64,000 bases of DNA from the human T2T-CHM13v2.0 reference genome, Homo sapiens: assembly GCF_009914755.1 (NCBI RefSeq), contig NC_060948.1, one strand, 5' to 3'. Position numbers and translations under genes: made by a program. The notes below the pieces were generated by a model. That model had not been told where the DNA came from and did no database searches. It was given only the letters and a program-made list of their open reading frames with translations. This document shows, one piece after another, positions 12,490-26,230 of the stretch; the stretch's first letter is position 1; every line of letters starts with the position of its first letter.

Positions 12490-13110
12490 CTCTTGAATAT
12501 GCTCTCCTGAAACTTTTGCCACAAACACCCCCACAAAACATCCCTGGTCAAAAATGTTAAATCTAATGGCCAATTCTTAATCTTCAGTTTGTCTTTTATA
12601 TTAACATTATTTGAGAAATTTTTTGTCTCTTGAACTTACGTAATACAGTTCTTTTCCATTTAAATTCTAAGAAAACACACTCGGCTAATTTTCTTCCTAC
12701 TTTTGTGGTCAATATTTGTCATTCTTGTTCACTGTTTCTTCCTCTCTCCCAATCCTAAATCTTGGAATATGCCTCAGTATTTATTTCTTGGACAATTTCT
12801 TCTTCTGTATTCACTGCCTTGATGATCTTACACAATGTCAAATTAAAATGTTAACCACCAAATTAAATCTCGAGCCCTGATGTTAGATTATGAATCCTAA
12901 AGCTAGGAATCACAAAATCTCATAAGTCTAACTTCTATTTCAGCATTTTCACTTGAGTGTCTAGTAGGCAACTCTCACTTACCAAGCTCAATACCAAACT
13001 CTTCATCTCCGTACCTGAAACCTGTGACTGGTCTTTACCATCTGAGAAAATGACTGTCGTATCCTGCCAGACACTCAGAAATTGGTTCAGAGTTCCTATC
13101 CCCCAACTTC
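12490..13110 (+). mobile_element. L2 relic
   Basis: Degenerate AAATCTAATGGCCAATTC, CACTTGAGTGTCTAGTAGGCAACTC motifs of L2. Confidence 0.55.
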
Positions 13111-13299
13111 ATGGATTTCTTCCCAACACCTTCACTTGAATCCTTCTTTAGAAAAATGTCAGCTAAGGATCACAGGGTATTGGAAGAGAGAGGTTTTGCC
13201 CAAAGCTTTCAAGGGCCAGATAGTTATTGCTCTTGTTTTTCAGCCCTGTTAGTTAATGCCTTTATTTATTTCTCTCAGGAATGCTTTGTCATTTTTAGT

Positions 13300-13720
13300 G
13301 TAGACACCTAACTATTTTTTATTGATGACAATATTGTAAACTGTTTGGTTCCCCAAATGTCATTTTCTGGTTGCTTGCTACTGACATATAAATACAAGTG
13401 ATTTTTGTATGTTGACTTTATGTCTTAAGTTCTTGCTAAATTAAGTGTTGTAGTGTGTGTTTGATAAGTTATTTAAGATTTTTCATGAAAAAATGTTTTC
13501 TTCAAATATAAATAGTCTGACTTCTGCCCTTCTGTTCTTATGTCCAGTATGTCTTTTTCTTGTCCTAGTAACTTCAATACAATATTGGCTATAAGTGGTT
13601 AGAGTTAGTATCCTTCTTTTTTCCCAATCTTTGGAAGAAATTGTAATATTTTATGATTAAGTGTGTATCTTGCTGCAGATTTTCCTCAGTTTATTTTGTT
13701 ATTAAGTTGAGAATTTCTCT
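13300..13720 (-). mobile_element. Old L1M ORF2 relic
   Basis: TGATTTTTGTATGTTGACTTTAT; ACTTCAATACAATATTG (antisense ORF2). Confidence 0.65.
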
Positions 13721-13727
13721 TTCTTGG

Positions 13728-14088
13728 TGATATGGTTTGGCTGTGTTTCTTCCCAGCTGTCATCTTGAATTGTAGCTACCATAATTCCTATGTGTTGTGG
13801 GAGGGACCGAGTTGGAGATAATCGAATCATAGGGTGGTTCACCCATACTGTTGTTTTCATAGTTAATACATCTCATGAGATCTGATGGTTTGTTAAGGGG
13901 AAACCCCTTTTGCTTTGTTCTCATTTCTCTCTTTCCCTGCTGACATATAAGACATGCCTTTCACTTTCTGCCAGTATTGTGATGCCTCCCAAGCCACGTG
14001 CAACTGTAATTCCGTTAAACTTCTTTTTCTTTATAAATTACTCAGTCTTAGTATGTCTGTAACAGCAGTGTGAAAACGGATTAATATA
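13728..14088 (+). mobile_element. THE1 MaLR solo LTR
   Basis: TGATATGGTTTGGCTGTGT ... CAGCAGTGTGAAAACGGATTAATATA. Confidence 0.92.
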
Positions 14089-14767
14089 TCTGGCTACTTT
14101 TTTAATAGATCTTTTTCATGTATGTCTTCTACTTAATGTTTGCTTTTGGGAACCTGGCTTAAGACAGGTAGGTATTACAATATTGTCATTAGCCTCACAT
14201 GTCCAATACTAGTATGTAAAAATAACACAAGGCACTTCATACAGTAGAGATTTGTTCTTTATCTATTGCTCTCCCAAGACAGGAACAAAACCTGTAGCTG
14301 ATTTTAATCTCAGAAGACCAAAACTAGTTCCAAGCTGTTTGCTGAAACATCTTTGTCTTTCTCGTTTCTGTGTGCTTTCACAAGTTAATGTATGCAGTAT
14401 TCAGCAATGGTCAATAAAAAGATATGACAATTCAAAATATATTTTCTGTTTTTAGACAAATAGAGGTTATGATTCATGATCTCACTGGTTTGCAGTCCAT
14501 GATTTTAAAATGCTAGCAAAACATGCTTCTTCTCCCCATAAAGGCAAGATGAGTAGGTAACAGTTGGAAAGAAATATGATTTTTCAAAAATTCTTCTTGT
14601 CCCATCACCTTAGGCCCCTGCAAATAGTCTTCAATACTTGCAGTGAAATGAGATTGAAATAGAACTTCTTTCTCATTCGTCTAATTGACTATTTTATTAT
14701 TCACTTTTTATCTCTCCTGACTAATATGCAAGCTACAGTATTGTAAGAAAAGAAAATGAGATTTCAT

Positions 14768-14880
14768 GGCTGGGAGCAGTGGCTCCTGGTTGCAATTCTA
14801 GCACATTGGAAGACTGAGCCCTGGAGTCTGAGAGCAGCCAAGAATACATAGTATGACTCTGTTTCTATTTAAAATAAAAA
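14768..14880 (+). mobile_element. Degenerate Alu monomer (FLAM-like)
   Basis: GGCTGGGAGCAGTGGCTC start, A-rich end, about 110 bp. Confidence 0.65.
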
Positions 14881-16704
14881 TATGGAAAATGTGAGCAATT
14901 AGAAAGGTACAAATAGTGTCAGGCAAATTCTCATTGGGTTTTATATTCTCAAGAAAATATCACCATGTTTTCGGGCAAAACTGAATGTCATATGGTAAGA
15001 AGTGCAATTTATTTGCAGTGCAAGCACAGCTCTGCGATTTATGCTGATTATAAACAAAAGGAATAAGAGTAAATTACATCTCCAGAAAAATCCCAAACCT
15101 AATTCTGTTCAATAGCGTCAAACTCTTTCTATTTCAATACCTGCATGAATGTCATTGTCAAGTAATCAAATTTACTAGATTTAATGTTGGCTGCTTTAAT
15201 TTACACCTCTCTCTGACTAGCAACATTGCTCATAATGAAATGGCCCCAAAGGATGCAGACATAGAATGGCTTAAATAGTCTACTAATGGATGTCTAAGAA
15301 TGCAAGTGGCATGGGTTTTCAAGGTGGTTAAACTATTATCAATAGCAAGATGTGACATAGTAACAGCTGTGTCAGGCATGAATGCAATGAATTTGAATAT
15401 GTTATGAAATTATTTTATACCCATGTCACTTTAGTAGTACATGTAGCTGAGGAAGTAGCTCAGTTAGCAGACACTTTGTAGCAGTTTTCTGGATTGGTTG
15501 GCCAATCCCAGCAAGAGCTCCACATTTTTCTGTGTCTATTCTCTATTTCTTCATCTAGCAACACACAACCACCATACAAACTTTCATCAGTTTATACCTG
15601 GATATTGCCATGGGTAAAATAGGGCTTCATTCAGCCAGAATAATCTGGATCACATGACAGATATTATTTACCCGTTGAGAAATCTAGTCTCTCCATATTA
15701 TTTCTTAGAATGTCAATTTATCATTCCCATATTAAAGAGACCCATAGCAATGGAAACACTTTAATTTCAAACACAGATTTTTTTTTTTTCAGATGGCCAA
15801 CCTTTGTATTGTTCTTGGCTTATCCTCTCCCATCTCCCATTCCCCCACTCTCATGCTCTTTCTCATATTATCTACTTTTGTGGAACACATTTTGGTGTTT
15901 CTTGATTATTGCTGCTTCTTCGAGTTTCACCTTGTAATAGAATCCTTTTCTGTCTTCTCATTCCAGCATCCACAGATCACACTTTGTGTTCCTGGAGGGT
16001 TTAATTTACTGTTTATACAACTGTCATAATTGAAAATTCATTCTTTGTTTCAAACATTTTGAGTGTGCAGTGGTAGTGGAACATGTATTAGTATTCTTAT
16101 TAAATGAAAAAATTGCAACTAGAAGTCAGTGGAGTAGACCAAGAGAGGAATATACTTGAATTTACACCCTTCAATTGTCCCTCTTCTTCCATTCTCATTG
16201 TTTTATCAAGATATTTTTCTACAAATTTTCCTATTATGGTGCTAGACTACATAATTAAAATAGCAATCACAGAATTAAGCCAAAATATAAAAAAATTGAG
16301 GCCTATGCACATCAACGAAGCAGGTAGTTCAACTGTTGATTTCTAAGTCTTCAATATCAGGACTTCTTTTCTATCAAGACTTGGGTGGTGGCAAGGAATC
16401 TGATTTTTCAAAATCACATAAGGTAAATATAATGAAAGTTGCTCAAATCCACACTTCTTGAATCACCAAAATAAAGAGTAGGCTAATTTGAAATTGGTCC
16501 ATCAATTAAAAAGTGGTTATGTGAATAATAATATATTAAATGCAGTATGGTACAGTCATACACATATGTAGTTGTTTAAAATATAACAACATGTAAAGAT
16601 GCATGCAGAAATAGAAAACACAATGTAATATGTTTACTTTCCATATCATTAAGCAGTAGTTTAATTACCATTTTATATTTTTATGAACACTTTTACTTAT
16701 TAGT

Positions 16705-17079
16705 TTTATTAGTCGATTCTCACATTGCTATAAAGAACTGCCAGAGATTGGGTAATTTATGAAGGAAAGAGGTTTAATTGACTTACAGTGCTGCATTGCT
16801 TGGGAGGCCTCAGGAAACTTACAGTATGGTAGAAGGCAAAAGAGAAGCAAGCACCTTCTTCACAGGATGGCAGGACAGAGTGAATGCAAGCAGGGGAAAC
16901 TCCAAACACATAAAATCACTGAATCTGATGAGACTCACCCAATATCATGGAACAGCATGGGGGCAACCGCCCTCATGATTAAATTACCTTCACCTGGTCC
17001 CACCCTTGACATGTGCGGATCACGAAGAGTGCATAACCTTCATGAGATTTGGATGCTGACACAAAGCTAAACCACATCA
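16705..17079 (-). mobile_element. THE1D/MSTA MaLR solo LTR
   Basis: TATTAGTCGATTCTCACATTGCTATAAAGAAC ... TGAGATTTGG; TSD TTAGT at 16700-16704 and 17080-17084. Confidence 0.92.
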
Positions 17080-18976
17080 TTAGTCAATCATAACATCTAA
17101 GAGTTATTTTTAAATTCAGAACCACGGAGAGCTCTCTACCATCTTTGTAAAAAGGGCATTAGACAAATAATAGAAAAATCCCTTGAGTTGGCAACAGTTA
17201 TGTGGCCTTTACATTAAAAAGCACAAATGGATCACACACATTTATTTGTTTCTTCCTCCACCCAATGATAGTAAGAGAAAAAAAAAAAAGATAAATAGAA
17301 GAGTGGAGAGTGTATTTGAATAAATCACAGAAATCCTGAAAGCAGAAACACATATAGAAGAGGACTGGCATTGAGCGTGGAAAGTGGGTGAATCCTTTTC
17401 TTAGATGTTTGTAGACAGTAATTAGGTCAAGGAGGAGAGAAATTATTTAACACCGAGAAACGTGCAAATCAATGAAACTAGGTACAGGATAGCTATAAGA
17501 GACATACGGGGAGGAAACAGAAGAAGCAAATAAAAGATGCATATAAAATTATTAAACCTGCATCTTTTTTTCCTCTTCATCACATGAAATACTAAGTTAC
17601 TGCCTGGAATAGGAATGCAGGAATTTCTTCCCTAAAGGAAGTAAATGTGGGTTGGGATCTGGCAAGATGGCCGAATAAGAACAGCTCTGGTCTGCAGCTC
17701 ACAGCAAAACCAACGCATAAGGCACGTGATTTCTGCATTTCCAACAGAGGTTGGATTAGTTAGAGAGTAAATGCAGCCCATGGAGGGTGAGCAGAAACAG
17801 GGTAGGACATTGCCTCATCCAGGAAGCACAAGCAGCTGCAGAACTACCTCTCCTAGTCAAGGGAAGCCTTAGGCACTGTGCCATGAGGGACGGTGCTATC
17901 CAGCTCAGATACTATGATATTCCCATAAATTTTGCAACCCTCAGAATATTCCCTTGGGTGTCTACACCACTAGAGCCCTCGGTTTCAAGCACAAAACTGG
18001 GCAGCTGTTTGGGTAGACAATAAGCTGCTAGAGTTTTTTTTTTTTTTTTCCATACCCCAGTAGTGCCTGGAACCCCAGTGAGAAAGAACCGTTGGCTCCA
18101 CTCAAAAGCAGACTGAAGGCAGGGAGACAACTGGCCTTTCTCAGTAGGTCCCAACGCCATGGAGCCAAGCAAGCTAAGATCCACAGGCTTAAAATTCTCA
18201 CTGACAGCACAACAGATGGAAGTCGACTTGGGATGCTTGAGCTTGGTGGGAGGAGGGACGTCTACCATTAGTGCAGCTTGAGCAGGTGGTTTTCCCCTCA
18301 CAGTATAAACAAAGCCACCAGGAATTTCAGACTGGGCAGAATCCACCACAGCATGGCAAAGCCACTTTAGCCAGACTGCATCTCTAGATTCCTCCTTACT
18401 GGGCAAGGTATCTCTGAAAGAAAGGCAGCAGCTTCAGTCAGGGAATTATAGATAAAATCCCCCTCCCCTGGGGACAGAGTACCTGGGGGAAAGGGTGGCT
18501 GTGGGTGCAGCTTCAACAGACTTAGACATTCCTGACTGCCAGCTCTGAAGAAAGCAGCAGATCTTTCAGAAGAGTACTCAAGCTCTGCTAGGGACAGACT
18601 GCCTCCTCAAGTGGGTGCCTGGCCCCCATGCCTCCTGAGTGGAAGACATCTCCCTTGCAGGGGTCGACAAACACCTCATACAGGAGAGCTCTGGCTGGCA
18701 TCTGGCATGTGCCCCTCTGGGGTGAAGCTTCCACAGGAAGGAGCAGGAAGCAATCTTTGATGTTCTGCAGCCCACACTGGTGATACCCAGGAAAACAGGG
18801 TCTGGAGTGGACGTTCAGCAAACTCCAGCAGACCTGCAGAAGAGGGACCTAACTGTTAGAAGGAAAACTAACAAACAGAAAGCAATAACATCAACATTAA
18901 CAAAAAGGATACCCACTCAAAAACCCGATCCAAAGGTCACCAGCATCAAAGATCAAAGGTAGATAAATCCAAAAAG

Positions 18977-20012
18977 ATGAGGAAAAACCAGTGTAAAAAT
19001 GCTGAAAATTCTAAAACCTAGAATGCTTCTTCTCCAAAGGATCACAACTCTTCACCAGCAAGGGAACAAAACAGGATGGAGGATGAGTTTGATGAACTGA
19101 CAGAGTAGGCTTCAGAAGGTGAGTAATAAAAAACTCCTCTGGGCCAAAGGAACATGTTCTAACCAAATTCAAGGAAGTTAAGAACCTTGATAAAAGGTTA
19201 CAGGAACATCTAACTCAAAAAAAAAAAAAAAAAAAAACAGTTTAGAGGAGAATATAAATGACCTAATAGAGCTGAAAAACACAGCACAAAAACTTCATGA
19301 AGCATACACAAGTATCAACAGGTGAATCAATCAAGTGAAAGAATGGATATTACAAATTGAAGATAAAGTTAATAAAACAAAGCCTGAAGGCAAGGACAGA
19401 GAAAAAAAATGAAAAGGAATGAACAGAGACTCCAAGAAATATGGGACTATGTGAAAAGACCAAACCTACGATAGATTGGTGTATCTGAAATTAACAGGGA
19501 GAATGGAACCAAGCTGGAAAACACACTTCAGGATGTTATCCAGGAGAACTTTCCCAATCTAGAAAGACAGGCCAACATTCAAATACAGGAAATACAAAGA
19601 ACACCACTAATATATTCCTCCAGAAGAGCAACCCAAGACGTATAATCATCAGAATCTCCAAAGATGAAATGAAGGAAAAAAATGTTAAGGGCAGCCAGAA
19701 AGAAAGGTCAGGTTACCTACAAAAAGAAGCTCATCAAACTAACAGTGGATCTCTGCAGAAATCCTACAAGCCATGAAACAGTCAGAGCCAATATTCAGTA
19801 TTCTTTAAAAAATGAATATACAACCCAGAATTTCACACCAGCCAAATTAAGCTTCATAAGTGAAGGAGAAATGAAACCCTTTCCAGACAAGAAAATGCTG
19901 AGGGATTTCCTCACCACCAGGCCTGCCTTACAAGAGCTCCTGAAGGAAGTACTAAACATGGAAAATGAAAAATGGATACCAGCCACTGCAAAAACATACC
20001 AAAATACAAAGA
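18977..20012 (+). pseudogene. L1 ORF1p remnant with stops and frameshifts
   Basis: ATGAGGAAAAACCAG start; fragment MLRAARKKGQVTYKKK..AKLSFISEGE. Confidence 0.9.
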
Positions 20013-20072
20013 CCAATGACACTATGAAGCAACTGCATCAACTAATATGCAAAATAACCAGCTAGTCTCATG

Positions 20073-23000
20073 ATGACAGAATCAAACTCACACATGACAG
20101 TATTAACCTTAAATATAAATGGGCTAAATGCCCCAATTAAAAGAAACAGACTGGCAAATTAGATAAAGAGTAAAGACACATCAGTGTGCTGCTGTCAGGA
20201 GACCCATCTCACATCCAAAGACACATATAGGCTCAAAATAAAGGGATGAAGGAATATTTATCAAGCAAATGGAAAGCACGAAAAAGCAGGGGTTGCCATC
20301 TTAGCCTTTGATAAAACAGAATTTAAACCAACGAATATGAAAAAAGACAAAAAAAGAGCATTAAATAATGGTAAAGGGATCAAAGCAACAAGAAGAGCTA
20401 ATTATCTTAAATATATATGCACTAAATGCAGGAACACACAGATTCATAAAGCAAGTTCTTAGAGACCTACTGAGAGATTTAGACTCCCAGACAATAATAG
20501 TGTGAACCTTTAAAACTCCACTGTCAGTATTAGACAGATCAATGATGCAGAAATTTAAATATATGCAGGATTTGAGTTCATCTCTGGACCAAGAGGACCT
20601 AACAGGCATCTACGGAACTGTCCACCCCAAATCAACAGAACATACATTCTTCTCAGCACCACATAGCCCTTATTTTAAAATTGACTATGTAATTGGAAGT
20701 AAAATATTGCTCAGCAAATGCAAAAGAATGGAAATCAAAACAGTCTCTCAGACTACAGTACAATCAAATTAGAACTCAGAATTAAGAAACTGACCCAAAA
20801 CCACACAACTACATGAAACTTGAACAAGTTGCTCCTGAGTGGCTATTGGGTAAATAATAAAATTAAGACAGAAATAAAAAAGTTCTTTGAAACTAAATAG
20901 AAAAAGACACCAAGTATCAGAATCTCTGGGAAACAGCTTAATCAATGCTTAGAGAGAAATTTATACAACTGAATGCCCACATCAGAAAGTGGGAAAGAAA
21001 AATCAACACCCTAACATCACATTTAAAATAACTAGAGAAGCAAGAACAAATTCAAAAACTACCAGAAGACAAGAAATAACCTAAGATCAGAGCAGAATTG
21101 AAGGAGACAGAGACACAAAAAAACTTTTTAAAAAATTATTGAATCCGGGAGCTGTTTTTTTTTAAAGATTAACAAAATAGATAGACTGCTAACCAGATTA
21201 ATAAAGAAGAAAATAGTGAAGAATCAAATCGACACGAGAAAAATGATAAAGGGGATATGACGACTGATTCCACAGAAATACAAACTACCATCAGAGAACA
21301 CTATGAACCCCACTACACAAATAAGCTAGAAAATCTGGAAGAAATTGACAAATTACTGGAAACATTCCCACTCCCAAGACTAAACCAGAAATAAGTCAAA
21401 TCTCTGAATAGATCAATAACAAGTTCTGAAATTAAGGCTGTAATTCATAGCCTACCAAATAATGAAAGCCCAGGACCAGATGCATTCACAGCTGAATTCT
21501 ATGAGAGTTGAAAAGAGGAGCTGGCAACATTCCTTCAGAAACTATTCCAAACAATAGAAAAAAGAGGAACTTCTCTCTAAGTCATTTTATAAGGCCAGCA
21601 TTGTACTGATACCAACACCTGGCAGAGACAAAAAAAAAAAAAGAAAAAAAAAGAAAATTTCAGGCCAATATCCCTGATGAACATCGATGCAAAAATCCTC
21701 AATATTAATACTGGCAAACCAAATCCAGCAGCACATCAAAAATCTTACCCACCACGATGAAGTCGGCTTCATCCCTGGGATGAAAGGCTGGTTCAACATA
21801 TGCAAATCAATAAAAGTAATTCATCACAAATGAGAAAACCAATGACAAAAACCACATGCTTATCTCAATAGATGCAGAAAAGGCCTTTGATAAAAATTCA
21901 ACAACGTTCATGTTAAAAAACACACAATAAAATAGGTATTGATGGAACATATCTCAAAGTAATAAGGGCTGTTTATGAGAAACCCATAGCCAATTGAATG
22001 GATAAAAACTGGAAGCATTCCCTTTTAAAACCTGCACATGACTAGGTTGCCCTCTTTCACTACTGCTATTCAACATAGTATTGGAAGTTCTGGTCAGGAC
22101 AATCAGGTAAGAGAAAGAAATAAAGTTATTCAAATAGGAAGAGAGGAAGTCAAATTGTCTCTGTTTGCAGATGACATAATTGTGTATTTAGAAAACCTCA
22201 TCATCTGAGCCCATAAACTCCTTAAGCTGATGATCAACTTTAGTAAAACTCAGGATACAAAATCAATGTGCAAAAATCACAAGCATTGCTACACACCAAT
22301 GATACACAAACAGAGAACCAAATAATGAGTGAAATCCCACTCACAATTCCTACAGAGAGAAAAAAATACCTAGGAATAAAACTTACATGGAATGAGAAAA
22401 TGCTCTTCAAGAAGAACTACAAACCACTGCTCAAGGAAATAAAGGAGAAAACAAACACATGTAAAAGCATTCCACGCTTACGGATAGGAAGCATCAATAT
22501 TGTGAAAATGGCCATATTGCCCAAAGTAATTTATAAATTCAATGCTATCCCCCATAAGCTAGCATTCACTTATTTCACAGAACTAGGAAAAACTACTCTA
22601 AGTTTCACATGGAGCCAAAAAAGAGCCCATGTAGCCAAGACGATCCTAAGCTAAAATAACAAAACTGGAGGCATCATGCTACCTTATTTCAAACTATACT
22701 ACAAGGCTACAGTAACAAAAACAATACGTTACTTGTACCAAAACAGATATTTAGACCAATAGAATGGAACAAAGGCCTCAGAAATAACATCCCACATCTA
22801 CAAGTATCTTCGACAAACCTAACAAAAACAAGCAATGGGGAAAGGATTCCCTATTTAATAAATAGTGTTGGGAAAATTGTCTAGCCATATGCAGAAAGCT
22901 CAAACAAGACACCCTTCTTACACCTTATACAAAAATTAATTCAAGATGGATTAAAGACTTAAATGTAAGACCTAAAACCATAAAAACCCTAGAAGAAAAC

Positions 23001-23861
23001 CAAGGCAATACTATTCAGGACATAGGCATAGCCAAAGTCTTCATGACTAAAACACCAAAACCAATGACAACAGAACCAAAATTGACAAATGAGATTAATT
23101 TAACTAAAGAGCTTGTGCATAGCAAAAGACACTACCATCAGAGTAAACAGGCAACCTACAGAATGAGAGAAAATTTTTCAATCTATCCATCTGAGAAATG
23201 GCTAATATCCAGAATCTAAAAAGAACTTAAACAAATTTACAAGAAAAAAAAAACATCAAAAAGTGGGTGAAGGATATGAACAGACATTGTCAAAAGAAGA
23301 CATTTGTTCAGCCAACAGACATATGAAAAAAAAAACTCATCATCACTGGTGATTAGAGAAATGCAAATTGAAACCACAGTGAGATACCATCTCACTCTAG
23401 TTAGAATGGCAATCATTAAAATGTGAGGAAACAACATATGCTGGAGAGTATGTGGAGAAATAGGAATGCTTTTACAATGCTGTTGGGAGTGTAAATTAGT
23501 TCAACCATTGTGGAAGACAGTGTCATGATTCCTCAAATATCTAGAACCAGCAATCCTATTATTGGGTATATACCAAAAGGATTATAAATTATTCTACCAT
23601 AAAGACACATGCACATGTATCTTTACTGTAGCACTATTCACAATGGCAAAGAGTTGGAACCAACCCAAATATTCATCAATGATAGACTGGATAAAGAAAA
23701 TGTGACATATATGCACCATGGAATAGTATGCAGCCATACAAAAGGATGAGTTCTTGTCCTCTGCAGGGACATGGATGAAGCTGGAAACCATCATTCTCAG
23801 CAGACTAACACAGGAACAGAAAACCAAACACTGCATGTTCTTACTTGTAACTGGGAGTTGA
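20073..23861 (+). pseudogene. L1 ORF2p (endonuclease/reverse transcriptase) remnant, disrupted
   Basis: ATGACAGAATCAAACTCACAC start; TTTGCAGATGAC (FADD) near 22164; fragment [25 protein letters not shown]; many stops. Confidence 0.92.
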
Positions 23862-24072
23862 ACAATGAGAACACATGAACACAGGGAGGGGAACATCACA
23901 CACCAGGGCCTGTTGGGGTTGAGGGGCAAGGAGAGGGATAGCATTAGGAAAAATATCTAATGCATGGGGGCTTAAAACCTAGATGATGGGTTGATGGGGA
24001 CAGCAAACCACCATGGCACATGTATACCTATGTAACAAACCTACATGTTCTCCATGTGTATCCCAAAACATA

Positions 24073-24170
24073 ACATATATATACATATATATATATGTTT
24101 TATATATAGTGTGTTTTATATGTGTGTGTGTGTGTATATATATGTACACACACACATACACACACATATA
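24073..24170. repeat. (TA)/(TG)/(CA) compound microsatellite in place of the L1 poly(A)
   Basis: Direct reading. Confidence 0.9.
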
Positions 24171-26230
24171 AAGTCAATGTGACTGCATACAAATTTAAAC
24201 CATCTTCATTAAAAGGAAACCAGCAAGTAACACAGCAAGTAAGACACCACAGACTGGGAATGTATATATTTGCAACATGTACAGGTGACTAAATATTTGT
24301 ATCTAAAATATATAAGGGACTTCTAAAAGTCAATATAAAAGACCAACAACTCAACCTAAAAGTTGCCAGCGGATACAGACAAGTTTGTGGAAATGAATGA
24401 ACCTAATTAGTACTTGTGAAAATTTATATTATGAAATAATAATGGGCTGTCCTGCAACTGAAAGTATAAAAAGAGGAGGAGAAATTGTACATGAATCTTA
24501 CAAAAGTGGTTATCTCTAGAAAAGAAATAGAGGCAGTAAACAGAAGATGAAAAGAGGTCAACAGGGTGAGAGTTATATCTTTTGCATTATATTGTCTTAA
24601 CAAAACCCTCTGAAGCTAAGCAGAAAAGAAATAAGAAAGGTTGGCAAGAAAAGATGGGTAGGGAGTGAGAACTTCCCAGCTAATTACAAAGATGCTCTTA
24701 AAGTACAGTACTTCATCCTTTGCTTTCTGCATCTTCATACATGCAAAGACTTTGAGAATAAAATGATATGTTTATTAGGGTTATTTCTGATAAAACATTC
24801 TAACAGATGCGTTGGCCAGGGAATTGTAAAGGGAATTGATTGGAATCTACCTTTAAATGATAACTTTTTTCTTAACATAAATATGGACATGGAAATGACT
24901 GTCTCCAAGCCTAGTTATACCATTTCCATAAAATCTACCATTACCTGTGTATTGACATAAATAAATATCTGGAGGCAGATATTTCATTTATCTGGAATAT
25001 CTGACATTCCAGAGGACTTTGCTTTGCTCACAGAAATTTGTAGTACAGTATTATGAATTCCACCATGCAAAATGCATTGAAAAATATTTCTTCCCAAATC
25101 CATCACTATTCTTCTTAGCAGGATGTTTGGAAAAAATGTTTTACCTCCTGTGCACCATGATCTTTATGGGGGGTATATGTAGGTGATCTGAATGATGTTT
25201 ATCTACAAGGTACGTAGAGAGATGTCTGGATCCCTTGATATGTTTTAGTGTCCTGGCTGATAATAGAGGTACCAAGAAATATCTGCAAATCTCCACAGCA
25301 ATGTCTGAGAAGCCAAATGAGAAAGTTGAAAGGTCTGAGTGTGATAATTCCCATAAAAATAAGAGAAAATACGGGCAAAAGAGATGTAAAGAAATGGCAT
25401 CAGTGAGTAAACTGGAAGCTATTCACCTTTGTCAACAGAAAGCATTTGAAGATACAAAACCCACAGCATGCTCAAAACTAGCCTTCTTTTTTATAATGTC
25501 CAAATCTACTGTAGCATCTCACTATGGACATTGCTTCTAATTATTATCCACCTAGGGAACTGAAACTGAGTTTCCTAAATAAGAAAATATATAGTTTTTG
25601 TTTTAAGAAAAGCTGTCTAATCTATCTTAGAAGTAAGCGTAGATGAAGGAAATCCATTTACTCCATCTCACAATTACTTCATGTTTCATTAGGCTGCCCA
25701 CAGGCATTCTGTGTTTATGGTCTGTTGCACTCCACAATAAAGCTATTATTCGTGAGCACTTCCCTGCTGGCTAACCACATTTTGGTTACTGCTTATGTTT
25801 ATTTATGAGTCTCGCTTGGGAAAGGATTTGCAATGTCTGATAGGGAGTGCTCACATGTATGTTTACACTTCTCCAGGCTTAGGCATCTCGAGAAGGGAAG
25901 TGGCCACAGTGTCACCAATCTCCAGAATGAATTATGCAGCAGGATACATCACTGATAACCAGACAGAACACTCAGTCAATATTTAAAGGGTAATGGCACT
26001 GTTTGAAAGAAGCAAACTGAGAGGATTTCAGTCCTGTGGAATCATCAAATTCAAGCAACATTGATAAATAATTACTTGACTCAATCCTAACCAGGCAAAA
26101 ATAATTATCAGGAAGAAAAATTAGCATTATTTATCCCAGGGAGAGTATGACATCAGATGTTGCCTCTACTGTCCGTGCAGCTGAGGTTTCTGCTTCCTGA
26201 CCCTTGTTTTCCTGCATAGGTAAAGAAATC

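Larger units (their letters stand above)
17650..24170 (+). mobile_element. Full-length, inactivated L1 (L1PA8-like)
   Basis: 5'UTR CAAGATGGCCGAATAAGAACAGCTC; ORF1 and ORF2 remnants; 3'UTR GGGCTTAAAACCTAGATGATGGGTTGATGGG; probable TSD AAGTAAATGTG (17639-17649) / AAGTCAATGTG (24171-24181); tail replaced by microsatellite. Confidence 0.95.

Noticed and set aside
25235-25540. 101-aa ORF in unique sequence
   Set aside because: Non-ATG start, no recognisable domain, length compatible with chance; same for 36593-37024
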